From an uncultured Clostridia bacterium (GTDB lineage Bacteria > Bacillota > Clostridia > Christensenellales > UBA1242), in NCBI GenBank assembly GCA_934757865.1, contig CAKVLS010000001.1:88779-152778 (forward strand): DNA of 64,000 bases, in the 5' to 3' direction. Position 1 is the first letter of the stretch; every line of letters starts with the position of its first letter. The notes under the pieces were generated by a model. It was not told where the DNA came from. It did no database searches and saw only the letters and a list, made by a program, of their open reading frames with translations. Shown here in pieces: positions 1 through 9,621 of the stretch. Both the position numbers and the translations under genes were made by a program.

Positions 1-3000
1 TATCAGGACAAGCTGCAAGCTTATTCTCTAACAAAGCTTTTTTCTCAGTGTCTTGTATTGAGTTAATATAATTTCTTTGGATTGAATCTTTGATAGCTAT
101 AGATTGATCTTTTGTTAGGTTGTTTACGATATCAAGTTTTTCTGGAGAAGCAACAAGTGTTGCACCAGTCTTAGTATCAACTACTGTAAAGAATGGAACT
201 TCGCCATCTTGAATTGCAAAGTAAACTGATCTAAAGTTTCCAAATGCTGTATTGCAAAGTGTTACTGCATAGTAACCAGGGGTTGAGATTATTCTGTTCT
301 TAGTAATCTCAATGCTGCTGATTATCTCGCCAGACTCAGTTAGTGAGTTTAGTAAAACTGTTACATTGTATAGGTTAGCAAGTGGGGCAGTAGCAAGGTC
401 GTTCCAAGTAATCTTAACAGAAGAAGATGTTAAAGCCATGCTTGTGCTTGATGTAGAGCCTACTATTGGGTTTTGGTTTTTGTCAAATAGGTTAATACCT
501 GCAAGCTCGTTATAAATAACAAAGTTGTAAGTATTTACGCTATCGCTTACGCTGTTAGGATCGCTCTCAAAACCTTTGTACTTGTAATCTACGGTGTACT
601 TCATTGTTCCGCCGATAGTTTCGCTAGCAGAATCATCAATGATGTTTGTTTCTTTTAGTCTAATTACTCTAAAGCCATTGTCCTTAACATTAACATCAAT
701 AGCTCTCAAATAAATGTTGTTTCCAGTACCGATACTGATATAGTTAACGCCCTCAATGTCTACATAGTCAAAGTCGCCTTCGTAGCTTGACTTGCTGATA
801 GTTACAGACTCGCTTTCGCCGTTGGCGTTAAGACTGTTAACTATTAGAGTGTGAGCTTCTGATTGGAATGTCACGAAAATGTCGCCACCAGTATAGATAA
901 CTCCGTCGCTATCAGTATAAGAGCTGTTAGTTGCGTAAGTAAATTGTTTATCTGTTGGAACATAATCAATTCCTAGAGTGATTTGGTAAGTATAAGAAGT
1001 ATCTGTATTGTCTGTATAAGTAATCTTATATACGCCGCCCTCTAACTCTTGAGACTCGGTAGGAATGTTCGGGTATTGAGCGTTGATTATAGCAGTGTTG
1101 CCGTTTTTTACAACAAGTCCTGTTAGGTAAATGACGCTATCACTTGTCTTTTGTGGGAATACTAAAACATATTTGCCATTTTCTGTCTCAAGAATATTAG
1201 GCATTGGAAGTTTTGTTTCTGATTTTACAATGTTGAAAAATTTGGTTGTAATACCAGCTGCTGTTGCTAAGCTAAATGAAATTCTGCAGTTTTTGGTGCT
1301 TACTAGGTAGTTAGAAATTTCATTGCCCATATTGTAAATATTGCTTGTGCTTAGGTATGGGGTTAGAGTATAGCTTAGTTGAACTTTTGAGGCGTCTGTA
1401 ATGTTCTTGATTACAAGTTTGCCCCAACCAACTGTTGCATTTACTTTTCCAATAGTCAAATCTTGTATAGTTGTAACTTCTTGAGCTTGAGTATCAACTA
1501 TAGCAGTATTTCCGCCGTCATTTCTAGTAGCTGCTACTTGTAAGATATTAACTAGGTTAGCAGTGCTATTGAAATAAACTGTAAATACTCTGTAGTTGCC
1601 AGCTAAGTCTTTTTCGATGATTTCGTAGAACTTGCCCATTAGTTGCTCTTCGCTTATTCCGCTAGTAGACATTATGATGCTGGCAAGAGTAGCATTTGTG
1701 TTGTAACTAGCCAAGAAATAATCTGCATTGCTTTGGGTAATGTTAAATCTTGGGAAACCACTGAAATTGCTTAGGTTACTATAATCTTTGTGGTCAGGAG
1801 TGATACTTTGATTTTCGTTTTCGAATTTTGCATATTTTCTAAAATAGAAAGTGCTAATTGTATCTTCGCCATCAAATGCAAGTTTGTAAGAACTTGTATC
1901 TACCGCAAAGGCATAGTCATAAATAGTTGGAGTAGTGCTATTATAAATAGCGTTTTCTTCTTTGAAGTTCTCTTTTAGATCTTCATAGTCTCTGTAGTAA
2001 CCATTAGTTACTAGATAGTTGTCTTTTGCAAGTAAGTCATCAATGTTTAGATTTGGTTTTGTACGGTCAATCTTGATTCTGTAACTTGTGCTTACATATT
2101 GACCATAACCATGATTTTCTACGCTGCTTTCTGCATATCTAATCTCAATGTTATAATCTAGCTCTTCGTCAATGTTTAGCTCGATTGTGTATCTGTATTG
2201 ATGATAAATTTTGCCTTCAAATACATCTTCTGACAAAAGCTCAACTGAGAACTTTTTGATGTATACAAAGTTTGTATAATCAAATATAAATGTTCCGTTA
2301 AGGATGTCTTCGATATTATAATCGCTAAGAACTAGTGTATCTTTTTCTGCACGATTTTTTGCGGTGATGTTAATCTCTACAACGCTAGCGGTGTAAGGAT
2401 CTTGTGCATCTTGCCACTTAAATGTTACGCTTTGGTCTTTGTTTGCGTTGGTTGCAAATGTCTTATCATCAAGCTCGCTTGGCTCTAGTAGTTCGTCATT
2501 TAGATATACATCGCCGTTAGGGTAGGTGTGTCTAATAATGAAACTACAACTATAAGTCATAGGGTTGATGTTACGAGTAGAACCATCATTATAACCTGTT
2601 CTATCTGAGATAGAGATTGTGTATGTGCCCTCTGCTGTGAAGGTAGGTATTACATAATAACCTTCGTTAGTAGAGTTTGTTATTCTGTATGTTACAGTTG
2701 GAGAATAAGCTTTTGTAGTGTCTTTGTAAGTAACTACAACATCAAGTGTTGTAAAGTACAATCTGCTTAGTACATTTGTATTAGCAGAACCATTATCAAT
2801 AAAGTATTTTGATACTGGGATATTGATTTGTACAGGTAGCTTATTTGTTGTAAGTATTGGTAGTCCACTAGAAACATTTCTAAAGAAGTTTTTGAAAGTG
2901 TATTGGTTAGGGGTGCCTTTACCAATAGTGATAGAGATGTTGTCACCAACCTCTCTCATACCACTTTGTTCTGTGGTAGAAATGATGCCATTGTGGTCAA

Positions 3001-6000
3001 CATAGATTGTGTACTTTCTTGAGAAAGAATCTTGTCCAAAGTCAACTTTGTTACCAGATGCATCGTACTCGCCGTAATCAGCAGGCTCTGGGTTGCCGTT
3101 AACTAAGGTATATCCGCCGCCATAGTAATATCTTGTTAATACATATTTACCAGGAGCAGTCTTGCCGTTCTCTACATTGATAAAGTCTGTTGTCAAGAAT
3201 CCGCTAGCATCTTTGTTCTCGTCGATGTTTTCTGGAATTCTTAGATCGTCAGTCTTTTCAGGCTCTGTTGAGAATGGGTAAGTTGCAGTATTTGAGAAGT
3301 AATCAAATTTGTAATAGCTATAAGTTAGTCTTACAACTTCAGTTTTCTCTGTACCTTGTTTGAATTTGAATATTAGTTTGTATAGGTTAGAACCGTTGTT
3401 ATTAGCGATATAGTGTAAATCGTTGTTGCCGGTAGCATCGCCAGACATATAGTATTGTCCCATAGCTCCGTCAAAGTTCATCTCAATGCCCATATATACT
3501 GAGCCGCCGTTGCTTGCGTATGAGGTGAAGTAATATTGACCTTCGCCAGCGAATTGTCCACTGCCACTAGTAGTTAGTTCTACGACAGCAAATACATCTG
3601 GGTTGGTAAGTACTGTTGTCGAACGAATGCCGTTATTGTCTTTTTCTACAGTAACATTGTTGATAGGAATATTGATGAAGTAGTGTCCCTCAAATTCCTT
3701 AAATAGAGAAGTAGTAGCAAGCTTGGTATTGAATATCATGTTCTCTGTGCCAGTTTGATAGTCGTATTCAATACCTTTGTTCTTACCAAAGGTAAGTCTT
3801 GTATTAGTTCTAACAAAGTTTGCTGGGTTAGCGATTGGATCGTAACTCTTTTCGTACCTTAGTCCGCCAACGCCGTCATCCACTTGAGACTCTTGTATAA
3901 ATACTGGGTTAGAAGTATCTATCATTATTAGTCTTTCAAACTTATTGCCAGCTAGGTCTTCAACATAGAAGTAATAGATTCCATTAGCTGTTTGATATTC
4001 GTTGCTAGAAAGTTTTATTCCGTTTGCGTTGTTTACAAATAGGCTATTGTAACTATTTTGATAGTTAAGAGGAGCTGCTGTGTCAGTCTTGTAACCATTG
4101 GTCAAAGTTCTGTCATAGTTTGCAAAATATTCGCCGTCAGCACCAGTATTTTTTAGAAGTAATTGATATGCTGTAACATTAGTAGTAATTCCGCTTGGAA
4201 CATATTTTGCCCAAGGCTTTTCTTTCCATGAAAGTGTAAAGTAAGAATTAGTTAATGCAAGGTCATAGTTTCCTTCTGCTGTTTTTGTTTGAGCTATCGT
4301 GTTACCTGGGGTCGCTGAGAAGTATGGCTCTGAACCACCTGCTGGCTCTTCATAAGTAACTTTTGTAAATGTTATCTCGCCGATATCTGATGTATCAACG
4401 ATGTATTGATAGTATTGATTTAGCTTGCTTGGGCTATATGTAACTACTATTACATATCTGCCGTTTAGAGAATTAGGAATAGAGTAGTTACTACCTGATA
4501 GTGTATAAGCATAATAGTTACCATCTAAGATAGATGATACATAGCTTCCAGAAGAAGTAGCTACATCATTAAATGCTGCATATCTTGTATATCTTATAGT
4601 GATAGGAGCATTAAATGCGTTTTCGTCATTGTGTACTTTGAAACGAATGTTTTTGTTTGTGTATTGAGTAGTTAGAGGCTCAAAGTTTTGCTCGCCGTTA
4701 GTATCGTATTCTACAACAAGTGCTGGAGCATCGTTGTTAATCTCAAAACAGAAAACTTGAGCACCATTGTGAGTTTGTCCATAAGAAGTTGTGATAGAGT
4801 AGCAAACTTTGATTACATAGATGCCTTTTTTATCAAACTTAGAAGTCTCATAGAAAGTTGTTGTAAGTGATCTATCAGCAAGTAAGTTTTCATAAGTCAT
4901 AGCTGATAGTTGATTTAGTTTTGCGATAGCATCAGCTTTGTTTGAGTAAGTGCTATAAAAACTGTTTGTCTTATCAAATGCGCTTGAATAATAGTTAAAC
5001 TTGATAGGAGCTTGATCAGTTACTGGTATGTTAGCAGGTATATGATAAGGAAGTGTTGCATTAACAACTCCGTCTGTGCTAGGAGTTTTAGCTATCATAT
5101 CAGCATGTGTGAAGTTATTTCTAAGAAGTTTATATGTATTTGATTTTTGATCTTTGTAAGTTATCTCATAACCGAAGTTAGATAGATATTTAACTTCAGA
5201 GTTTTCAAGGTCGGGTATTGTAGCTACTTGATATGAAACTGATGAACCAAGCTCTTCTGGGACTATAAGGTCTACATAAAATTTGTATTCGCCTAGGTCA
5301 CTCATATCAACAGTAGTGTAGTAAGGTCTAATTACCTCAACTTGAACCTCATTGCCATCGTCATTAGTTTCGGTCTTAGTAATTACATTCTTGTAAGTAG
5401 GGTAGTATTTTATTTGAGATGTGCCAGATTTTATTATAGCAATTCTACCAGTTGCTTGTGTTGCATCAAAGTCCTCTTTTTCAATATCGCTAATTAAGTA
5501 GTTAGGAACGAATGAGTAATATTTGTAATTATAAACGCTTGTTCCTACTGTGTGCTCGTAGTTAAGAGCGAACTTGTTAGCTTCATAAGAAACAGTTGGA
5601 TAAACTATATTGCCGTCAGCATCATATCTGTAGTTGTATACATATGATTCATGAGTTTTGCCTTTGCCATCAGTAAATGATGGAGCAGTAACAGCGCCCT
5701 CAATGTTGTATGCTGAGCTGTCAGAAATATAATCTGTCTTGTCTATTAGATGGAAAGAAATGTTAAGCTCTTTTTGTTCTTCAGAAACATTGCCATCTGG
5801 ATCTGCATATCTGTAAATAAATTTGAATTGATATAGTCCAGATCTGTCAGTTGGATCTACAGGCTCTAATGTATCTGCATAAGTTATAACAGAAGTTTCT
5901 CTAAAGCTTATAGCATAGTTGACATAAGCATTGTTAGGATCTGTAGAAATAGCTCCAATAGTTATTTGTCTACCATTTAGCCATGCGTTGCAAGTAAGAC

Positions 6001-6376
6001 CTGCATTAGGAACTTTAACACCTGTATATGTTCCTTCACGCTTTTGGTTAAACTTAACATAGATGCTACTATTGTATAGCTCTGACTCGCTAGCTGTTGT
6101 TGAGTCGCTAGTAAGTAAGATATACTCGCCGCTATTTTCATACCTTCTGTATACTATACTAGACACATTGTTGTCTGTCTTAGTACTTTGGGTACACAAA
6201 GTATAAGGAATATCCTCATCTGTGTATAGCCATGGTATCTCAGAAGATTCTTCTGTCGCCGCATAAGACTCTTTAGAATCCGTAGCCTTTGGCATGGCCA
6301 AAAGTCCAACTCCAAGTGATAGGAATACCAAAATTCCTAGTAGCCACGAACTTAATGATAATTTTAATTTTTTCAT
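1..6376 (-). CDS. Giant secreted/surface protein, C-terminally truncated by the window edge (>2125 aa)
   Basis: ATG at 6376-6374 preceded by a GGAGAG RBS. N-terminus MKKLKLSLSSWLLGILVFLSLGVGLLAMPKA looks like a Sec signal peptide. I read this minus-strand frame from 6376 down to position 2 by eye without meeting a stop. It is absent from the supplied ORF track, presumably because it has no in-window stop; only short out-of-frame ORFs are listed here. Composition is Y/T/N/S/G-rich, beta-type. Confidence 0.85.
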   Translation of the reverse strand, partial: MKKLKLSLSSWLLGILVFLSLGVGLLAMPKATDSKESYAATEESSEIPWLYTDEDIPYTLCTQSTKTDNNVSSIVYRRYENSGEYILLTSDSTTASESELYNSSIYVKFNQKREGTYTGVKVPNAGLTCNAWLNGRQITIGAISTDPNNAYVNYAISFRETSVITYADTLEPVDPTDRSGLYQFKFIYRYADPDGNVSEEQKELNISFHLIDKTDYISDSSAYNIEGAVTAPSFTDGKGKTHESYVYNYRYDADGNIVYPTVSYEANKFALNYEHTVGTSVYNYKYYSFVPNYLISDIEKEDFDATQATGRIAIIKSGTSQIKYYPTYKNVITKTETNDDGNEVQVEVIRPYYTTVDMSDLGEYKFYVDLIVPEELGSSVSYQVATIPDLENSEVKYLSNFGYEITYKDQKSNTYKLLRNNFTHADMIAKTPSTDGVVNATLPYHIPANIPVTDQAPIKFNYYSSAFDKTNSFYSTYSNKADAIAKLNQLSAMTYENLLADRSLTTTFYETSKFDKKGIYVIKVCYSITTSYGQTHNGAQVFCFEINNDAPALVVEYDTNGEQNFEPLTTQYTNKNIRFKVHNDENAFNAPITIRYTRYAAFNDVATSSGSYVSSILDGNYYAYTLSGSNYSIPNSLNGRYVIVVTYSPSKLNQYYQYIVDTSDIGEITFTKVTYEEPAGGSEPYFSATPGNTIAQTKTAEGNYDLALTNSYFTLSWKEKPWAKYVPSGITTNVTAYQLLLKNTGADGEYFANYDRTLTNGYKTDTAAPLNYQNSYNSLFVNNANGIKLSSNEYQTANGIYYFYVEDLAGNKFERLIMIDTSNPVFIQESQVDDGVGGLRYEKSYDPIANPANFVRTNTRLTFGKNKGIEYDYQTGTENMIFNTKLATTSLFKEFEGHYFINIPINNVTVEKDNNGIRSTTVLTNPDVFAVVELTTSGSGQFAGEGQYYFTSYASNGGSVYMGIEMNFDGAMGQYYMSGDATGNNDLHYIANNNGSNLYKLIFKFKQGTEKTEVVRLTYSYYKFDYFSNTATYPFSTEPEKTDDLRIPENIDENKDASGFLTTDFINVENGKTAPGKYVLTRYYYGGGYTLVNGNPEPADYGEYDASGNKVDFGQDSFSRKYTIYVDHNGIISTTEQSGMREVGDNISITIGKGTPNQYTFKNFFRNVSSGLPILTTNKLPVQINIPVSKYFIDNGSANTNVLSRLYFTTLDVVVTYKDTTKAYSPTVTYRITNSTNEGYYVIPTFTAEGTYTISISDRTGYNDGSTRNINPMTYSCSFIIRHTYPNGDVYLNDELLEPSELDDKTFATNANKDQSVTFKWQDAQDPYTASVVEINITAKNRAEKDTLVLSDYNIEDILNGTFIFDYTNFVYIKKFSVELLSEDVFEGKIYHQYRYTIELNIDEELDYNIEIRYAESSVENHGYGQYVSTSYRIKIDRTKPNLNIDDLLAKDNYLVTNGYYRDYEDLKENFKEENAIYNSTTPTIYDYAFAVDTSSYKLAFDGEDTISTFYFRKYAKFENENQSITPDHKDYSNLSNFSGFPRFNITQSNADYFLASYNTNATLASIIMSTSGISEEQLMGKFYEIIEKDLAGNYRVFTVYFNSTANLVNILQVAATRNDGGNTAIVDTQAQEVTTIQDLTIGKVNATVGWGKLVIKNITDASKVQLSYTLTPYLSTSNIYNMGNEISNYLVSTKNCRISFSLATAAGITTKFFNIVKSETKLPMPNILETENGKYVLVFPQKTSDSVIYLTGLVVKNGNTAIINAQYPNIPTESQELEGGVYKITYTDNTDTSYTYQITLGIDYVPTDKQFTYATNSSYTDSDGVIYTGGDIFVTFQSEAHTLIVNSLNANGESESVTISKSSYEGDFDYVDIEGVNYISIGTGNNIYLRAIDVNVKDNGFRVIRLKETNIIDDSASETIGGTMKYTVDYKYKGFESDPNSVSDSVNTYNFVIYNELAGINLFDKNQNPIVGSTSSTSMALTSSSVKITWNDLATAPLANLYNVTVLLNSLTESGEIISSIEITKNRIISTPGYYAVTLCNTAFGNFRSVYFAIQDGEVPFFTVVDTKTGATLVASPEKLDIVNNLTKDQSIAIKDSIQRNYINSIQDTEKKALLENKLAACPD

Positions 6377-6764
6377 AATTTTCTCTCCAACTATTTAATA
6401 ATTGTTCATCAATTAGTTATTGCCATTATATATACATTATTTTAACATAATAATATATATATAACAAATTATTTAATTGATTTTTTTGAGAATATTTTTT
6501 ATTTTTTGCTAAAAAAATTAGCATATGTTAGTCAAAGCAAGATAGAAATATTATCATAAACTCCCGTCTTTTTTATAGCAAGATGAGCAATCTTTTTGAT
6601 ATTCAAATAAGTTTAATAGCTTCTTGCCAAACTTTATTTTAATAAACTTATAATCTTTGATAATTTCGTGCCGCTACAACTTTTTAGATTGCTTTTGATA
6701 TATGAAAATATGCCCATGTATAAAAAGACCCCGCAGAGATTAACATATCTTTACTTTTTGACAA

Positions 6765-6793
6765 TAAAAAATCCCCTACCACAAGGGTAGAGG
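6765..6793 (-). terminator. Rho-independent terminator after the coupling-protein gene
   Basis: Minus-strand hairpin CCTCTACCC-TTGT-GGTAGGGG (6773-6793) followed by a T-rich run (plus-strand A-run 6765-6772), about 15 nt past the stop at 6808. Confidence 0.6.
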
Positions 6794-6807
6794 AATTTTA
6801 ATTTTTA

Positions 6808-8850
6808 TTAAATATCATCATCTATAGAAAATGTTGTCTTAGGTCTTAACACTTTTGCATTACGTTCTGAGATGCTGTAAGCAACTTCTGCTTGGTTAAG
6901 AGATCTGCTAGGAACATAATCATCGCTGGCTTTGGTGTGGTCAAACATTGGAGTAGCCCAGGCATAAGTAGATTTACATTTGATTGGGAACTCATTAAGT
7001 ATTTTAACAACAATTTCGCCAGTAGCACCAGATTTTAGGTGACCCAATTCGTCTGGGTAGATAAGAGGACGAGAGACAACAGATGTGCTTGTTCCTTTGC
7101 TCTTTTCGTCATCTTTACCTTTATTTTCGGTTACAGATGTAGTCTCAATAGTCATCTCACCGCAAAGTTTACTAAACTCTTCGCAAGTACGAGCATCGTC
7201 AGTACCTATGAATATCTTGATAGGGCAGTTACCTTTGATAGTCTCTGCAACATCATCGCCATATTTTGCATTAAGCTGGCTAAATGATTGTACAACTAGA
7301 GCAAAGAAAATATTTCTTGATCTTGATACGGTAATCATACTATCAATTTTTTCTATCTTAGGTAGGTTAGCGAACTCATCTAGTAAGAAGTAAACTGTTC
7401 TTGGTAGTTTGTATCCGTCATAACCATTAGCTAGGTCAACAAGCTTTTGGTAAAGTTGTGAGATACACATTGTAGCGATACCATGACGAGCTTCTTTTTC
7501 ATCAGGGATAATGATGAATAGAGCAGTTGGTTTGTCTGCAAAGTCGTCAAAGTTCATCTCGTTAAGGCTGGTAGCAAAACACATACCAGAGTCGTTAAAT
7601 ATACCAAGTTTAGCGGTAACGATACCCATGTAAGACTTGGTTGTAGTAGGAGCATTGTTAATGGCAGTACTTATTAGTTGAGGAACTTTACTAAATTCGT
7701 CTCTGCCTTGGAAATATTGTCTTAGAGTTTTATATGGATTGTCAGGGTCTGCATCTTTGTAGTTACAGATACGAGCTAGGTTGTAGAAGTTGTATTTTTC
7801 TCTAGTCATACCTAGTTCTGGCTTTAAGCTATCTTCTAGCATAGCAAGTAGAGTACCATAGATAAACTCTTGAGCACCTCTGTCCCAGCTAGAGTCTGTC
7901 TTATTTTCGATAGGGCAGATGATAGAAGCTATTTCTCTCAAACTATTTTCTGCTTGGTCAACAAGTTCAGATTTTTTTGAAGCAATTTCAGACTCCAAAA
8001 CATCTCTATTAGGATATGCGATACCATCAAGTTCGTACCACTCGTTGTTATATTCCTTTGCTATTATCTTTAATTTTAGATCGGCAGGGTTAACATCTTT
8101 GTGAGTTATTACTTTACTTTCTATCTCGTGAGCTTTGTGATATAGCATGTATGCGTTATCAAGAGGATTCCATCTAGTAGAAGCATATGGCATTCTTAGG
8201 TTGAATACCTTAACATCATAGCCTTCTTTACGAAGTTTGTTAGCGTTCTTCTCATATAGCTCGCCCTTAGGGTCGGTAACTACGAAGCATGGTTTTGTCT
8301 TTGTTCCAGACAAAATTTGCATTTGAGGTATAATAAATCTCTCTGTTTTACCAGTACCAGTAGTACCTATTATCATAGCATGAATAGGCTTGTACATATT
8401 GATGTTAAGATTGTGACCTACTAGCTCACTACGAAGTAGCATACCATCGCTTTGATTTTTTAATGTATTCCAGTTGCAATACATAAATTTTTTCTCGGTT
8501 TTAAGTTCCTTTTCGGTAACCCAGCGGCTATCAAAATATTGGTCTACCTTGTCACCTTTTTTTGTTTTGGCAGAAACTCCAGAGCTGCTGCCTTTGTCTT
8601 TGCCGACATTTTTTTCAAGTTTTGTGAAGAAATATAGTAGGTACAATACAAACATACCAGCAAAACATGAGAAAAATGTATTTCTTAAAGTGTTGTTGTT
8701 CATAATGTCGCTAAATTGGAATACTGAGAACATCTCTGTAAAGCCGTAATCTTGGCCATAAGAAACATACATAGCTATCAAAAGTGATATAGCTAACATA
8801 GCGATTATCAAAAGAATGAATTTTAGCAATCCCTTTCCGAACTTGTCCAT
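6808..8850 (-). CDS. Type IV coupling protein (VirD4/TraG family ATPase)
   Basis: 680 aa with an AGGAG RBS and two N-terminal TM helices. Walker A IIGTTGTGKTERFIIP (DNA ~8343-8372), VVTDPKGELY, RWNPLD, YFLLDEFANLP and VVQSFSQLNAKYG form the canonical TraG/VirD4 motif series. Confidence 0.9.
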   Translation of the reverse strand: MDKFGKGLLKFILLIIAMLAISLLIAMYVSYGQDYGFTEMFSVFQFSDIMNNNTLRNTFFSCFAGMFVLYLLYFFTKLEKNVGKDKGSSSGVSAKTKKGDKVDQYFDSRWVTEKELKTEKKFMYCNWNTLKNQSDGMLLRSELVGHNLNINMYKPIHAMIIGTTGTGKTERFIIPQMQILSGTKTKPCFVVTDPKGELYEKNANKLRKEGYDVKVFNLRMPYASTRWNPLDNAYMLYHKAHEIESKVITHKDVNPADLKLKIIAKEYNNEWYELDGIAYPNRDVLESEIASKKSELVDQAENSLREIASIICPIENKTDSSWDRGAQEFIYGTLLAMLEDSLKPELGMTREKYNFYNLARICNYKDADPDNPYKTLRQYFQGRDEFSKVPQLISTAINNAPTTTKSYMGIVTAKLGIFNDSGMCFATSLNEMNFDDFADKPTALFIIIPDEKEARHGIATMCISQLYQKLVDLANGYDGYKLPRTVYFLLDEFANLPKIEKIDSMITVSRSRNIFFALVVQSFSQLNAKYGDDVAETIKGNCPIKIFIGTDDARTCEEFSKLCGEMTIETTSVTENKGKDDEKSKGTSTSVVSRPLIYPDELGHLKSGATGEIVVKILNEFPIKCKSTYAWATPMFDHTKASDDYVPSRSLNQAEVAYSISERNAKVLRPKTTFSIDDDI

Positions 8851-8889
8851 ATAAACTCCTTTTTTATAAAAAATATAATACTATTAACT

Positions 8890-8918
8890 ATTATAATAAT
8901 AATTGCCAAACTTGACAA
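8890..8918 (-). promoter_or_regulatory. Sigma-70-type promoter for the coupling-protein gene
   Basis: Minus strand reads TTGTCA (8918-8913), 17 nt spacer, TATAAT (8895-8890), about 40 nt upstream of the ATG at 8850. Confidence 0.5.
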
Positions 8919-9019
8919 CCAAAAATAAGCATAATTTTTTAATCTTTTCGCCCAAAAAATGCCCCAAAATAGGCAAAAAATGAGCATTCAAAAAAAATTA
9001 TAAAATTTATTGTTTTTAG

Positions 9020-9048
9020 TTGCTAATATTAAATGTGTGTGTTATAAT
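9020..9048 (+). promoter_or_regulatory. Sigma-70-type promoter for the pilin-like gene (divergent from 8890-8918)
   Basis: TTGCTA (9020-9025), 17 nt spacer, TATAAT (9043-9048), with a TGTGT extended -10 context. Confidence 0.5.
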
Positions 9049-9080
9049 CAAGGTAACAAAAATACATTAGGGGGTTTGTT

Positions 9081-9452
9081 ATGACACTTCTATTAACTAA
9101 ACTAGCAGCATTATTTCTAAACTTTGGATCAATGGGATACCTATTCTATAACGAGTCTCAATTCAAAAACACAAGTTATAGCTGGTTGGGACCTATTGCT
9201 AAGTTCCTAGATGGCGCTTTGATCCCAGTAGTTATCGTAGTTGGTGCTTTGGGTGCTATTTGGATTATTATCCTTGGCGTTAACCTAGCAAGAGCTGAAT
9301 CTTCTGATAAAGCAACTGAAGCTAAGAAAAGACTAATAAATGTCGTAATAGCAATTGTTTCTGTTATCATACTTGTATTCTTACTAGCATTCTTTGTATC
9401 AAAAGTTCCAGATCTATTTGGTAGTAACAACAGCAACATCTTTACTGACTAA
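9081..9452 (+). CDS. VirB2/TrbC-like two-TM pilin-like protein
   Basis: 123 aa with a GGGGG RBS. A hydrophobic leader is followed by two long hydrophobic helices (ALIPVVIVVGALGAIWIIILGVNLA and LINVVIAIVSVIILVFLLAFFV) separated by a short charged loop (RAESSDKATEAKKR). This is the topology of T4SS pilin-type subunits, and the gene sits between the T4CP and other T4SS genes. The call rests on topology and synteny only. Confidence 0.55.
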   Translation: MTLLLTKLAALFLNFGSMGYLFYNESQFKNTSYSWLGPIAKFLDGALIPVVIVVGALGAIWIIILGVNLARAESSDKATEAKKRLINVVIAIVSVIILVFLLAFFVSKVPDLFGSNNSNIFTD

Positions 9453-9470
9453 TCAATTGATAAAAAATAA

Positions 9471-9495
9471 GAGTACCTTCGGGTACTCTTTTTTT
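9471..9495 (+). terminator. Rho-independent terminator
   Basis: GAGTACC-TTCG-GGTACTC hairpin followed by 7 T. Confidence 0.7.
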
Positions 9496-9621
9496 GTACT
9501 TTTTTAATTTAATATTTTTTAGCTTGCCGTTTGTTTGACTAAAAGTGCTAAAAATGTTTTAATACTATATGATTATTATGTTTATTAAGGTAACGCCTTA
9601 ATAACTTATAGGAGAAGAGCA

